A stretch of 64,000 bases of DNA from an uncultured Candidatus Saccharibacteria bacterium (GCA_964362215.1 CAYIDJ010000002.1:911-64910); one strand, 5' to 3'. Shown: positions 46,744-55,869, counted from the first letter of the stretch. Made by a program: numbers and translations. The notes: generated from the sequence alone by a model not told the origin.

Positions 46744-46780
46744 AGCCCCCTTTGTCGAAAGACGAGGGGGTTTTGTTTTT
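46744..46780 (+). terminator. rho-independent terminator
   Basis: GCCCCCT...AGGGGG stem plus TTTTGTTTTTT. Confidence 0.6.
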
Positions 46781-46793
46781 TACCACCATTGAC

Positions 46794-46822
46794 TTGACAG
46801 ATTAGCCGTTATCTGCTATACT
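46794..46822 (+). promoter_or_regulatory. sigma70-like promoter TTGACA-17-TATACT
   Basis: ttgacagattagccgttatctgctatact, followed by an about 100-nt structured leader before the 46927 gene. Confidence 0.6.
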
Positions 46823-46926
46823 AAAACATCAATAGTTGAGAAATCGTCTTTTAACTAAAAGAGCGGTCTTTAGCTGTTGCGAGGATTTGCTCTTTTACAA
46901 AACCTTTTTAAAGGAGGAGAAATAAA

Positions 46927-47187
46927 ATGAAAGAGAAAGACTATACTTGTAATTGTCCCGGGTATGCGTATGAGAAATGCGCTCCTGGGGCAAGGGGGGG
47001 GTCGTACCAGGCCTGCGTGAACTGCGGTAAAGCAGTTCGACCAAGGAATGACGACTCCTATCGGTATTTTTATGCGGAGACGGAAAATTGGTGTTCATGT
47101 GCCAACCCGTCCCCATCTCCAAAAAAAGAATACCATCAGGTATGGTGCAATTCGAGACGAGATGAGTTTCCCGAATTGCATAAGTGA
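46927..47187 (+). CDS. small Cys-rich protein (8 Cys; CxC, CxxC, CxC motifs), hypothetical metal-binding
   Basis: Strong AAAGGAGGAG Shine-Dalgarno sequence, own promoter and terminator. Confidence 0.5.
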   Translation: MKEKDYTCNCPGYAYEKCAPGARGGSYQACVNCGKAVRPRNDDSYRYFYAETENWCSCANPSPSPKKEYHQVWCNSRRDEFPELHK

Positions 47188-47203
47188 AGAAGAAACTCAC
47201 ACC

Positions 47204-47240
47204 AAGACCCAGTGAGTATAAATAAGGGTCTTTTTTTTCC
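47204..47240 (+). terminator. rho-independent terminator
   Basis: AAGACCC-agtgagtataaataa-GGGTCTTTTTTTT. Confidence 0.65.
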
Positions 47241-47529
47241 AAAAAAACTAAAAAACTTCCTTATTAAATTTTAACCAGCTACGCAATATTTTACCTAACG
47301 TTTAAGAATAAAAGAAGCCCCGCGCCGATTAAGAGTATGAAACTTATTCTGTCCTTAAAGATTGTTAAATGGAACTAACTCTATTATATCACAGAACTAA
47401 GGCGCGAGATTTGGGAAAATTCTGAGCTGAGGCATTTTCCTTTTATTCTTTGTTAGGCGAGAGTGAGCGAAAGCGCAGCGTCCCCGTAGCGTTTTCTTTC
47501 AAATTATTTTTTGCGATCGAGTACATGTA

Positions 47530-47559
47530 CTTGACAAACTACTGACTTTTAGGGTAAAA
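47530..47559 (+). promoter_or_regulatory. sigma70-like promoter for rnpB (TTGACA-17-TAAAAT)
   Basis: ttgacaaactactgacttttagggtaaaat. Confidence 0.6.
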
Positions 47560-47565
47560 TATAAG

Positions 47566-48063
47566 TAGCCAGTTGTAAGACAGCTACTGGATGCCTTAAA
47601 AAGTATCTAGAGGAAAGTCCGGACACCAGCCAGTGCTATGCGCTGGCTATGGATAGTCGCTAACGGCGACCGGGGGAAACTCCAGGGAAAGTGCAACAGA
47701 AAATATACCGCCGAACACTCAATTTATTGAGTGTTCGGTAAGGTTGAAATCGTGCGGTAAGAGCGCACGCGTTCTGGCCGTGAGGTTAGAATGTGGCAAA
47801 CCCTATCCGGTGCAAGGTCGTATTCCAGTGCTTCGCATTGGGAATATCAATAACTAAGAAACAATAGTACAAAAACATTCTCTTTATAGTTTTAATTTTG
47901 TGGTTTGATGTTTGTTTGGAATTTGTATCTTGGAATTTGGTGCTTCCAATGCGGAGCATTGGTCTGTGCCGCTTGACTCCGGCGCGCAAGCGCCGAAGCA
48001 GATAAATTGCTGTCATTCGCCGATGAGGCGAAACAGAATCCGGCTTATAAGCAACTGGCTAAA
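47566..48063 (+). ncRNA. rnpB: RNase P RNA (bacterial type, with unusual about 90-nt AT-rich insertion near 47845-47935)
   Basis: P4 strands GAGGAAAGTCCGGAC and ACAGAATCCGGCTTAT. Conserved GGTAAGGTTGAAATCGTGCGGTAAGAGCGCAC block. P1 pairing TAGCCAGTTG/CAACTGGCTA and P2 GACAGC/GCTGTC. Ends are approximate. Confidence 0.85.
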
Positions 48064-48073
48064 AAATATATCA

Positions 48074-48108
48074 TTTCACCCGCCCCCCGGCGGGTGAAAT
48101 GCTTTTTA
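48074..48108 (+). terminator. rho-independent terminator after rnpB
   Basis: TTTCACCCGCC-cccc-GGCGGGTGAAA then TGCTTTTT. Confidence 0.65.
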
Positions 48109-48215
48109 GTGAATATCCAAATAAAATATATTCTTTTTGGGTGTGTGGATAAGTGTGGGTTGCGGTGGAGAACTGGTGGTGTAAAATGTTTATAAGTGGG
48201 GGAAAGTGGGGAAAT

Positions 48216-48647
48216 ATGTTTTTAGGAGAACACCGATATACGGTGGACCCGAAAGGTCGGATGGCTCTGCCGCCTAAGTTTAGAAGCATTCTGAAAGGAG
48301 GCGCCATTATTACCCGCGGACTGGACTCATGTTTATTCCTGTTTGGAGCGTTAGAGTGGTCGGTGTTGGTCGAGAAGATTAAGGCCTTACCGCTGACACA
48401 GTCGGACTCTCGCGCTTTTACCCGCTTAATGTTCTCGGGAGCAATGGATGTTGATATAGACAAACAAGGGCGCATTTTAATACCGGACTACCTGCGCGCG
48501 TACGCGGGAATGAAACGGGGGGCGGTGGTGATAGGACTAATTAGCCGCGTGGAGGTATGGAGCGAGGAGCGGTGGCGGACATATAAAGGCCGGACAGAAA
48601 AAAATTCTGACCGGATAGCCGAGTCGCTGAATGATTTGGGGATATGA
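48216..48647 (+). CDS. mraZ: transcriptional regulator MraZ
   Basis: MFLGEHRYTVDPKGRMALPPKFR is the canonical MraZ N-terminus. Upstream GTGGG-type direct repeats (gtgtgg / gtgtggg / gcggtgg) are MraZ-operator-like. Confidence 0.9.
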   Translation: MFLGEHRYTVDPKGRMALPPKFRSILKGGAIITRGLDSCLFLFGALEWSVLVEKIKALPLTQSDSRAFTRLMFSGAMDVDIDKQGRILIPDYLRAYAGMKRGAVVIGLISRVEVWSEERWRTYKGRTEKNSDRIAESLNDLGI

Positions 48648-49528
48648 CGCACACGCCGGTTTTGTTGCCAGAGGCGATGGAGCTGCTTAATCCGCAGCGA
48701 GGCGAGTTTTTTGTGGATGGGACGGTGGGGGGAGGCGGGCACGCGCGGGCGATTCTGGAGCGATTAGGAGAAAAAGGAACACTGCTGGCGATTGATTGGG
48801 ATAAGGAAACGGCGGTGGCGTTTGCGGCCGAGAGCAGGCGTTATGAAGCAAAAGTGATAGTAGAGCAGGCCAACTATGCCGATTTGCCGCGAGTTTTAGA
48901 AAAGCACGGACTGGGGAAGGCGGACGGACTGATACTGGATTTGGGATTTTCTTCGTGGCAGGTGGATGAGTCGGGACGGGGTTTCAGTTTTCGCAAGGAC
49001 GAGCCGCTCTATATGACTTACGACGAAGAGCAGGAGTCGGTGGCCAGTGTTTTGTCGCGACTGACGGAACAGGAGCTGGCACAAATAATCCATGAACTGG
49101 GAGGAGAAAGGTATGCGGGAAGAATTGCCAAGGCGATAAAAGAAAGGGTGAAAAAAGAAGCGATTATTTCCAGTTTGGAGCTGGCAGAAATAGTGAAGGC
49201 AGCAGTGCCGGCGGGATATGAGAGAGGAAGAATTGATCCGGCGACGCGCACCTTTCAAGCGTTGCGCATTTACGCTAATGAGGAACTGGAAAACCTAAAG
49301 GAGGTTTTAGATGAATTACCGGAAGTGATGGCGGCAGGCGGAAGAGCGGCAATTATCAGTTTTCATTCGCTGGAGGACGGAATGGTGAAACGACATTTTC
49401 GGAAAATGGCGGCGGAGGGAAAGGGAAAAATACTGACAGCGCGTCCGATAAGACCAGCGGACGAAGAGAAGGAGAATAATCCGCGCAGCCGTTCGGCCAA
49501 GTTGAGAGCTTTTATTTTCAATGATTAA
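48644..49528 (+). CDS. rsmH: 16S rRNA (cytosine1402-N4)-methyltransferase RsmH
   Basis: HTPVLL...VDGTVGGGGHA SAM motif. Full-length RsmH. Confidence 0.95.
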   Translation: MTHTPVLLPEAMELLNPQRGEFFVDGTVGGGGHARAILERLGEKGTLLAIDWDKETAVAFAAESRRYEAKVIVEQANYADLPRVLEKHGLGKADGLILDLGFSSWQVDESGRGFSFRKDEPLYMTYDEEQESVASVLSRLTEQELAQIIHELGGERYAGRIAKAIKERVKKEAIISSLELAEIVKAAVPAGYERGRIDPATRTFQALRIYANEELENLKEVLDELPEVMAAGGRAAIISFHSLEDGMVKRHFRKMAAEGKGKILTARPIRPADEEKENNPRSRSAKLRAFIFND

Positions 49529-49540
49529 TTTTTAAAAAAT

Positions 49541-49831
49541 ATGACAGTTTTAGCGCCTAAATACACTTCTGACACAGAGAGAATAATAAAGATAATAGCG
49601 CTGGCAACGTTCGTGGCGGCGGCGGCGTGGGTTTATCTTTATACCCAGACGGTAACGGCCAGCTACAGCCTGCGCCAGCTGGAGGACAATCTACAAAGGG
49701 AGCGAGTGGCTAACGCCGAACTTAAAGAGAAACTTTATGGGTATCTCAATCCATCGGATTTGGATAAGTTTGTTTCCGAACGCAATTTAATTAGGGATAA
49801 CTATCCGCAGTTTGTGAGCGTGGTGAGGTAG
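49541..49831 (+). CDS. ftsL: small single-transmembrane protein, FtsL-like (by position between rsmH and ftsI)
   Basis: One transmembrane helix IIALATFVAAAAWVYLY plus coiled-coil tail. Synteny mraZ-rsmH-ftsL-ftsI. Confidence 0.45.
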   Translation: MTVLAPKYTSDTERIIKIIALATFVAAAAWVYLYTQTVTASYSLRQLEDNLQRERVANAELKEKLYGYLNPSDLDKFVSERNLIRDNYPQFVSVVR

Positions 49832-49892
49832 AATAATTAGAAGACAATAAGGTGACTCTGACTTAGGTTAGAGTCAATCTACGAGCAGAGTA

Positions 49893-49914
49893 TGAACAAA
49901 TAGGAATTTGTTCA
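49893..49914. promoter_or_regulatory. palindrome TGAACAAATAGGAATTTGTTCA immediately upstream of ftsI (second copy upstream of eno at 21306-21328)
   Basis: Two copies, both about 25-35 nt upstream of a start codon. Confidence 0.5.
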
Positions 49915-49939
49915 GGTGTGATACAATAGAATAAGAAAA

Positions 49940-51589
49940 ATGAAATTGCGTTTTTTTGGATTGATTTCTTTTTTTACCCTGCTGTACGGGGTTTTGGTTT
50001 TTAATCTCTACTCCATTCAGGTGAAGAATGGAGATTTTTATGTGGCGCGGGCGGAGTCACAACTGGCGGCGGGGGCGGGGACGCTAGTGGCGCTGCGAGG
50101 AACAATTTTCTTTTCCGACAAGGAAGGAAACTTTGTGCCGGCGGCGGTGGAAAAAGAATATATGGAGATTTACGCGGTGCCGACGGAAGTCGCGGATGCG
50201 GAGGAGACGGGAAGAACAGTAGCTTTTCTTTTGGGTTTGCCGGAAGAGGAGATGGTGGTAAAACTTAAAAAAGCGGGTGACCAGTATGAGTTGTTGGTGA
50301 AGAAGGCGACGCCGGAACAGATTAAGGCGTTAGCCGAGGCGGGTGAGATAGCGGGCATATACAGCCGTAAGTATGGCAGCCGGTTTTATCCGCTGGGGAC
50401 AACAGCGGCACAGCTTATCGGATTTACGGCAGTTAATGAAGACAATGACAGGCCGACGGGCGTTTACGGCATAGAGAGGTATTTTGAGGAGAGGTTGGCT
50501 GGAGTTTCAGGAAAGACGGATGGAGATTATGTTAAAAGGCCGGTAGCGGGGAAGGATGTTTATCTTTCCATTGACCGTAACATTCAGTCACAAGCGGAAG
50601 AGATATTAACGTCGCTGGCCAGGAGATTTACAGCGAGCGGGGGATCGGTGATAGTGGAGGACCCGAAGACGGGGAGGATGCTGGCGATGGCTAATTATCC
50701 TCTGTTTAATCCGAATGATTATTCGGTATACAACTTAGGCGTCTTTCAAAATCCAGCGGTGGAGTCGGTTTACGAGCCCGGGTCGGTATTTAAAATAATA
50801 ACAATGTCGGCCGGTATAGACAGCGGCAAGATAACACCGGAGACGGTTTACTACGATTCGGGAGAGGTAAAACTAAACGGCCGGACAATAAGGAATTGGG
50901 ATTTGAAGGCCTATGGGAGGCAGACGATGACGGGGGTGATAGAACACTCGCTTAACACAGGCACGGTTTTTGCCGAGCGGCAGATGGGACATAGTGTTTT
51001 CAGTGAATATCTGGAGCGGTTTCAAATAGATGAGGCGACAGGAATATCTCTGCCGGGAGAGGTGGAGGGCAGTTTAGGGGCGATGACGGGGGCGAGTCCG
51101 CAGGATATAAATTTTGCCACCGCTTCGTTCGGGCAGGGAGTGTCGGTAACGCCGATTGGATTACTAACAGCGGCGGCGACAATTGCTAACAGGGGGATGA
51201 TGATGAGGCCGATTTTAGAGGTTAATGAACAGCCGCAAGAGGTGGGACAAATAATAAGCGCGGAGGCGGCGCGGAAAGTTACGGCGATGATGGTGTCGGC
51301 GGTGGATGGAGCGGTAGTGGCTAAAATTCCCGGGTACACGGTGGCCGGCAAGACGGGCACGGCGCAGGTGCCGGACTTTAAACGCGGCGGATATACCGAA
51401 CAGTATATTCATACTTATATTGGCTTTGTTCCGGCATACAACCCGAAGTTTATCGTGATGATAAAACTGGATAAGCCATCGGCGATACTGGCGGGACAGA
51501 CGGTAGTGCCGGCGTTTAAGGAGCTGGCGCAGTTTATAATAAATTACTATAATATCGCGCCGGACAAATTGGCGACGAATAACGAATAA
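49940..51589 (+). CDS. ftsI: peptidoglycan D,D-transpeptidase (class B PBP, FtsI/PBP2 type)
   Basis: N-terminal transmembrane helix. SVFK (SxxK), SLN and KTGTA motifs. Confidence 0.9.
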   Translation: MKLRFFGLISFFTLLYGVLVFNLYSIQVKNGDFYVARAESQLAAGAGTLVALRGTIFFSDKEGNFVPAAVEKEYMEIYAVPTEVADAEETGRTVAFLLGLPEEEMVVKLKKAGDQYELLVKKATPEQIKALAEAGEIAGIYSRKYGSRFYPLGTTAAQLIGFTAVNEDNDRPTGVYGIERYFEERLAGVSGKTDGDYVKRPVAGKDVYLSIDRNIQSQAEEILTSLARRFTASGGSVIVEDPKTGRMLAMANYPLFNPNDYSVYNLGVFQNPAVESVYEPGSVFKIITMSAGIDSGKITPETVYYDSGEVKLNGRTIRNWDLKAYGRQTMTGVIEHSLNTGTVFAERQMGHSVFSEYLERFQIDEATGISLPGEVEGSLGAMTGASPQDINFATASFGQGVSVTPIGLLTAAATIANRGMMMRPILEVNEQPQEVGQIISAEAARKVTAMMVSAVDGAVVAKIPGYTVAGKTGTAQVPDFKRGGYTEQYIHTYIGFVPAYNPKFIVMIKLDKPSAILAGQTVVPAFKELAQFIINYYNIAPDKLATNNE

Positions 51590-51693
51590 CGAACCTGTAT
51601 TAGGATTGTGAGATAGAATAGTTAATGTAATAAATTACTTGATAGGAAGGTGGGTTTGGGGTATTTTAGTAGGTGTTATTTGAAGATAATAAT

Positions 51694-51765
51694 GGCCCTT
51701 TCGTCTAGCGGCTAGGACGTCGCCCTCTCACGGCGGAAACACGGGTTCGATTCCCGTAGGGGTCA
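51694..51765 (+). tRNA. tRNA-Glu (anticodon CUC), CCA not encoded
   Basis: Cloverleaf: acceptor GGCCCTT/AGGGGTC, anticodon stem TCGCC/GGCGG with loop CTCTCAC, T-arm ACGGGTTCGATTCCCGT. Confidence 0.85.
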
Positions 51766-51771
51766 CAAAAT

Positions 51772-51800
51772 AAAATGCCGCTTAAGCGGCATTTTATAAT
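51772..51800 (+). terminator. hairpin after tRNA-Glu (AAATGCCGC-ttaa-GCGGCATTT)
   Basis: Visible directly. Confidence 0.55.
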
Positions 51801-51865
51801 TGAGATAAGACATTTTAATGTTCTTGAGAACGTTGGAATGAAATTTTGAGGTTTTGGCACGGGTG

Positions 51866-51894
51866 ATTGACTTTTTGATATGAGTATGATATAA
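51866..51894 (+). promoter_or_regulatory. sigma70-like promoter TTGACT-17-TATAAT
   Basis: ttgactttttgatatgagtatgatataat upstream of the 51949 gene. Confidence 0.55.
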
Positions 51895-51948
51895 TGCGGG
51901 CAGACGGAAAATTGACAGCTAAAAATTAAAAAATGGAAGGATAAGGAA

Positions 51949-52677
51949 ATGAATACGGAAATTCTTTTAGTGGTGACAATGGCCACAAAACAGCAGATAG
52001 GTCTTATCTGGATGGGGATAATTGCGGCGGCTGGTCTGGCTTTTTTTTCTGGGTGGGCGCTCCATGAAGTTATGAATTCTGCCACTGAAGGTGGTGGAAA
52101 GAGTAAAAAGGAAGATGAAAACTTGCCAATGGGAATTGGCAAGGGGGCTAATCCTAAAAGAGTAAAACCTGGAGAAAAAGCAGGGTTTGCTCCTCCGGCG
52201 TCTATAAATCCGGGCGATAAAATAATGCAGATTGGCCCTGGGGGAAAAGGGGAGGCGCTAGTAAAAGTAATCAAGAGAGATAAAGTTTCAGTTAAGAAGT
52301 GCATTAAAATTTTTCTGAAGGGAGTTACTTATTTTGAAACGTCTCCTTCCACTTATTTTATGGTTTATATAAAGGGAGAAGGGGATGCTTGGCGGAAAGG
52401 AAGTGAATTGGAAGTTGGAATGATGTTGGGTGGAAAGGAGATTGAGAAAATAGAAGTAATAGAAAAAGAAACGGATGTTTATCGTTTCCAGGTTGAGGGG
52501 CAGAAAGTTATAAAGAGTCTTTTAGCGATGGTTGGCGATACAACTATAGCATTTTTTGCTCAGCCGTCGATGGAAGATATAGCGCCGCCGGTGAAGAATG
52601 GCAACGGAAAGAACGGAGGTGGGAAGAGTGATTCTAAACGGCCGGCGCCGACAGATAGACGGCGGGGTCGCAGGTAA
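51949..52677 (+). CDS. hypothetical membrane-anchored protein (AT-rich gene directly after tRNA-Glu)
   Basis: N-terminal transmembrane helix, Lys/Gly-rich. GC is noticeably lower than in flanking genes. Confidence 0.45.
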   Translation: MNTEILLVVTMATKQQIGLIWMGIIAAAGLAFFSGWALHEVMNSATEGGGKSKKEDENLPMGIGKGANPKRVKPGEKAGFAPPASINPGDKIMQIGPGGKGEALVKVIKRDKVSVKKCIKIFLKGVTYFETSPSTYFMVYIKGEGDAWRKGSELEVGMMLGGKEIEKIEVIEKETDVYRFQVEGQKVIKSLLAMVGDTTIAFFAQPSMEDIAPPVKNGNGKNGGGKSDSKRPAPTDRRRGRR

Positions 52678-52750
52678 AGAGGTGTTGATGATAAGAATTT
52701 ACGGGAGAGAAATCTCCCGTTTTTTGTTTGCTTGTGGTAGTATTTTAGAT

Positions 52751-53476
52751 ATGCGTGGGAAAACAATATTTTTTAATTGGAAGATGAAGCCGGAAACGGC
52801 AGGGGAGGCGAGACGGATTATGAAGGCGGTTTTGGCGGCGAGTAGAAAAAGAATAACAGGTGAAATAATAGTAGCGTCGCCTTTTGTTTATATTGCCGAG
52901 ATGGCACGGATGGCTAAGGGAAGCGGAGTAAAGATTGCCGGGCAGAATTGTTTTATACAGGCGGCGGGAGCTTTTACGGGAGAAATTTCGCCGACAATGC
53001 TAAAAGATGCGGGGGCGGAATATGTGATTATCGGACACTCGGAGAGGCGGGCGATGGGAGAAGATGATGGGCTTATAAATAGGAAAGTTAAGGCGGCAAT
53101 AAGCGCGGGACTCAAAGTGATTTTAGCGGTGGGGGAGGCAAAAAAGAAGGGAGTAGCAGAAGCGGTTAGGGTTGCGGGAAAACAAGTAAGTCGGGGACTC
53201 GTGGGTGTGGTTAAAGAAGATTATAAAAAAGTGATACTGGCTTATGAGCCGGTGTGGGCAATAAGCACCAGCCGGGGAGTAAAACAGGCAGAACCGGAGT
53301 ATGTGGGAAAGGTGATGGCGTTGCTTAATAAGTGGGGCATGCCGGTACTTTATGGCGGTTCGGTGGGAGCGGAAAACATTAGTGATTTTCTTTCACTGGA
53401 CGCGGCGGACGGAGTTTTAGTGGGAGGAGCTTCGCTTAAAGTGGAGGCTTTACAAAAAATTATAAATAGTTTATAA
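52751..53476 (+). CDS. tpiA: triosephosphate isomerase
   Basis: IFFNWKM, IAGQNCF, GHSERR, AYEPVWAI, GGASLK motifs. Start set at ATG 52751. Confidence 0.9.
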   Translation: MRGKTIFFNWKMKPETAGEARRIMKAVLAASRKRITGEIIVASPFVYIAEMARMAKGSGVKIAGQNCFIQAAGAFTGEISPTMLKDAGAEYVIIGHSERRAMGEDDGLINRKVKAAISAGLKVILAVGEAKKKGVAEAVRVAGKQVSRGLVGVVKEDYKKVILAYEPVWAISTSRGVKQAEPEYVGKVMALLNKWGMPVLYGGSVGAENISDFLSLDAADGVLVGGASLKVEALQKIINSL

Positions 53477-53528
53477 TAAAATCTCGTTGCTTGCGGGGAG
53501 GTATTCTGCGGAGATATAATAAAAACAT

Positions 53529-54278
53529 ATGGAAAAAGAAAAATTATTCAGCACTTTAAGATGGGCGGTGTGGGTATTGGTGGCACTGGCGGTTTACGGC
53601 ATATTTTGGGGTCCGCCGGCGCAGTTGGCGCGAGCGTTGCCGCCGGCGCGAACAGTGGTGGTGGCCGGCACGGGTAAGGCGGTGGGCATTCCGGACAAGG
53701 CGACAGTGAATTTCTCGGTGGTATCCAGCGGCAGTAATCCGGCGAAAGTGCAGGAGCAGAACACAAAGATGATGAACGAAGTAATCGCGTATCTTAAAGA
53801 ACAAGAAGTGGGAGAGAAGGATATAAAGACGAGCGGATATAATTTGTTACCAAAGTATTCTTATAATCAAGAAACCGGTAAGTCGGATATTTATGGCTAT
53901 GAGCTTAACCAGACGGTGACGGTGACGATAGGGGACTTGGGGAAAGTGGGGACGATAATCGGCGGTTTGGGTCAAAGAGGCATCAATCAGATCGGAAGTT
54001 TGTATTTTGAGGTGGAAAATAAAGATGAGTTGATGGCGGCGGCGAGGGAGGAGGCGTTTACAAAGGCGAAAGAAAAAGCAAAGGAGATGGCGAGTGCGGC
54101 CGGCGTGCGGCTAGGCAGAGCCATTTCTTTCTCGGAGTCGGGAGGTGGTTCGCCGATATTTTATGAGAAAGCGATGGCTTACGGTGTAGGCGGCGGAGAC
54201 AGTGTTTCATCGCCGCAGATAGAGCCGGGAAGCCAGGAGATAAACGTGAATGTGACGGTAACTTACGAGTTGAAGTAG
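53529..54278 (+). CDS. SIMPL-domain protein (DUF541/BP26-like periplasmic protein)
   Basis: Transmembrane/signal segment, then TVVVAGTGKAVGIPDKATVNFSV...TSGYNLLPKY, typical SIMPL. Confidence 0.75.
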   Translation: MEKEKLFSTLRWAVWVLVALAVYGIFWGPPAQLARALPPARTVVVAGTGKAVGIPDKATVNFSVVSSGSNPAKVQEQNTKMMNEVIAYLKEQEVGEKDIKTSGYNLLPKYSYNQETGKSDIYGYELNQTVTVTIGDLGKVGTIIGGLGQRGINQIGSLYFEVENKDELMAAAREEAFTKAKEKAKEMASAAGVRLGRAISFSESGGGSPIFYEKAMAYGVGGGDSVSSPQIEPGSQEINVNVTVTYELK

Positions 54279-54279
54279 G

Positions 54280-54966
54280 ATGAAACTCCGCCCTGTTGCA
54301 CTTAAAACCGTGGACGGGCGCCGGATAGTCGGCTTGTTCGGTGCTGTGCCGGAGCCGCGCGGGTGGGTTTTATTTTTGCATATGATGCTGGCGACGAAAG
54401 AATCGTGGGGAGAACTGGCGGAGCGGATGCGTGAGGAGGGGATAGCGACATTGGCGATAGACCTGCGCGGGCATGGAGAGTCGGAGGGCGGACCGGAGGG
54501 ATATAAGCAATTTTCGGATGAAGAGCACCAGGCAAGCTGGTATGATGTGAAAGCGGCGATTGAATTTTTAAGGAGTGAAGGAGCGGAGAAGAAAAAAGTA
54601 CTTTTAGTCGGAGCGTCTATCGGAGCAAATTTGGCTTTGCGGTATTTGGCGGAAAAGGAAGAGATAAAGGCGGCGGTATTTCTGTCACCGGGATTAAACT
54701 ATTATGGAGTTAACGGAGAGGAGGCGGCGGGAAAATTACACAGCGGACAAAGGGTTCTTTTGGTAGCGGTGCGTGACGATGAGCGAAGAAGTGGGGGAAG
54801 GGCGGCGGATATGACACAGACGCTTTATGAGGAGGTGCCGATTGACGTAGATAAAAAAATTATAATTTATGAGCGAGGCGGGCATGGAACAGATATGCTA
54901 AAAACGGAGGAGTTGCCCAATTTGACGGAGGCAATCATTACTTTTACGCGGGAGAATAAAATATGA
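54280..54966 (+). CDS. alpha/beta hydrolase (dienelactone hydrolase-like)
   Basis: HG..E oxyanion region. Nucleophile elbow GASIGANLAL. C-terminal GGHG. Confidence 0.65.
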   Translation: MKLRPVALKTVDGRRIVGLFGAVPEPRGWVLFLHMMLATKESWGELAERMREEGIATLAIDLRGHGESEGGPEGYKQFSDEEHQASWYDVKAAIEFLRSEGAEKKKVLLVGASIGANLALRYLAEKEEIKAAVFLSPGLNYYGVNGEEAAGKLHSGQRVLLVAVRDDERRSGGRAADMTQTLYEEVPIDVDKKIIIYERGGHGTDMLKTEELPNLTEAIITFTRENKI

Positions 54967-55448
54967 TAAAGCAGTTTGTGAAATTTGGGCTGGTAGGAGC
55001 GTTTAACACGTTGCTGGATATAATGGTTTTGAACGCGCTGATGTGGACTTTCGGCATTACGGCAGGCATCGGGTTTTCCATTTTTAAAACGATATCTTTT
55101 ACGGCGGCGGTGGGGAACAGTTATTGGCTCAATAAATATTGGACTTTTCGGGATCGGAGTCGGAGTGAGGTGGGGCAGATAAGCCAGTTTTTATTGGTTT
55201 CTGTTGTGGGGGCGATAATTAATGTGGGGGTGGCATCTCTTATCGTCAACTGGGTTCAGCCGATAGAGGCACTGATTAGAATGGGAGCGGCAATACTGGC
55301 AATGGCGGGTATAGAGATGCCGGCGGGGCAGATATGGGCAAACGCGGCCACTTTTTTGGCGATTGCGGTGTCAATGATTTGGAACTTTACCGTATACAAG
55401 TTGGTGGTGTTTAAAGAGAATGACGAAGCGCGAATGACGAATGACTAG
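54963..55448 (+). CDS. GtrA-family membrane protein
   Basis: MIKQFVKFGLVGAFNTLLDIMVLN canonical GtrA N-terminus. 4 transmembrane helices. Confidence 0.8.
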   Translation: MIKQFVKFGLVGAFNTLLDIMVLNALMWTFGITAGIGFSIFKTISFTAAVGNSYWLNKYWTFRDRSRSEVGQISQFLLVSVVGAIINVGVASLIVNWVQPIEALIRMGAAILAMAGIEMPAGQIWANAATFLAIAVSMIWNFTVYKLVVFKENDEARMTND

Positions 55449-55530
55449 TTAATAACCAAATTAACAAATAACCGATTAAATTAACTTAAAAAGTTAGACG
55501 GGAGAAAAATAGCTTATCCACAGTAAAATG

Positions 55531-55560
55531 TTGACAAGTGGGGGGTGGGGGGTGTATACT
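55531..55560 (+). promoter_or_regulatory. sigma70-like promoter TTGACA-18-TATACT
   Basis: ttgacaagtggggggtggggggtgtatact. Confidence 0.55.
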
Positions 55561-55566
55561 GTGTGG

Positions 55567-55670
55567 TGAATGAGTGTAAATAGGCGGACTTAGGCGAAAT
55601 TCGACCCAAGTTTAACTATTAGCTCTATTGTTTGGCTAAACGGGCGCTTCGGCGCCTGTTTAGTTTTTTG
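55567..55670 (+). ncRNA. candidate about 100-nt small RNA bounded by promoter and UUCG-capped terminator
   Basis: Transcription start predicted 7 nt after the -10. Terminator CTAAACGGGCGC-ttcg-GCGCCTGTTTAG plus TTTTTT. No convincing ORF. Confidence 0.4.
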
Positions 55671-55869
55671 CTTTCAAAAAGAGGAGGAGTTATGATATTA
55701 GAGACCATATTCGGGCTTTCTAAGCGGTTGCGGACAGAGCACTCATTCAACAACAAACAATGGAGGTCACCATTCGCAGCCGCTTAGAAAGCCTGATTTT
55801 TATTGTGGACAAGAAGGCAGTTTTGGTTTATTTTATTAAGTAATGCTGGTTTTTATCAGCAGACAGTTT

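Noticed and set aside
46927-47187. Cys-rich small protein as a possible lanthipeptide/bacteriocin precursor
   Set aside because: No adjacent modification or transport genes. Cys spacing fits a Zn-ribbon-like or metal-binding fold as well. Insufficient evidence.
47786-48195. ORFs 47786..48016(-), 47912..48097(+), 48007..48195(+)
   Set aside because: They lie inside or overlap the RNase P RNA gene and its terminator, so they are spurious.
51705-52304. 199-aa minus-strand ORF
   Set aside because: Overlaps the tRNA-Glu gene and runs antisense to the 51949 gene.
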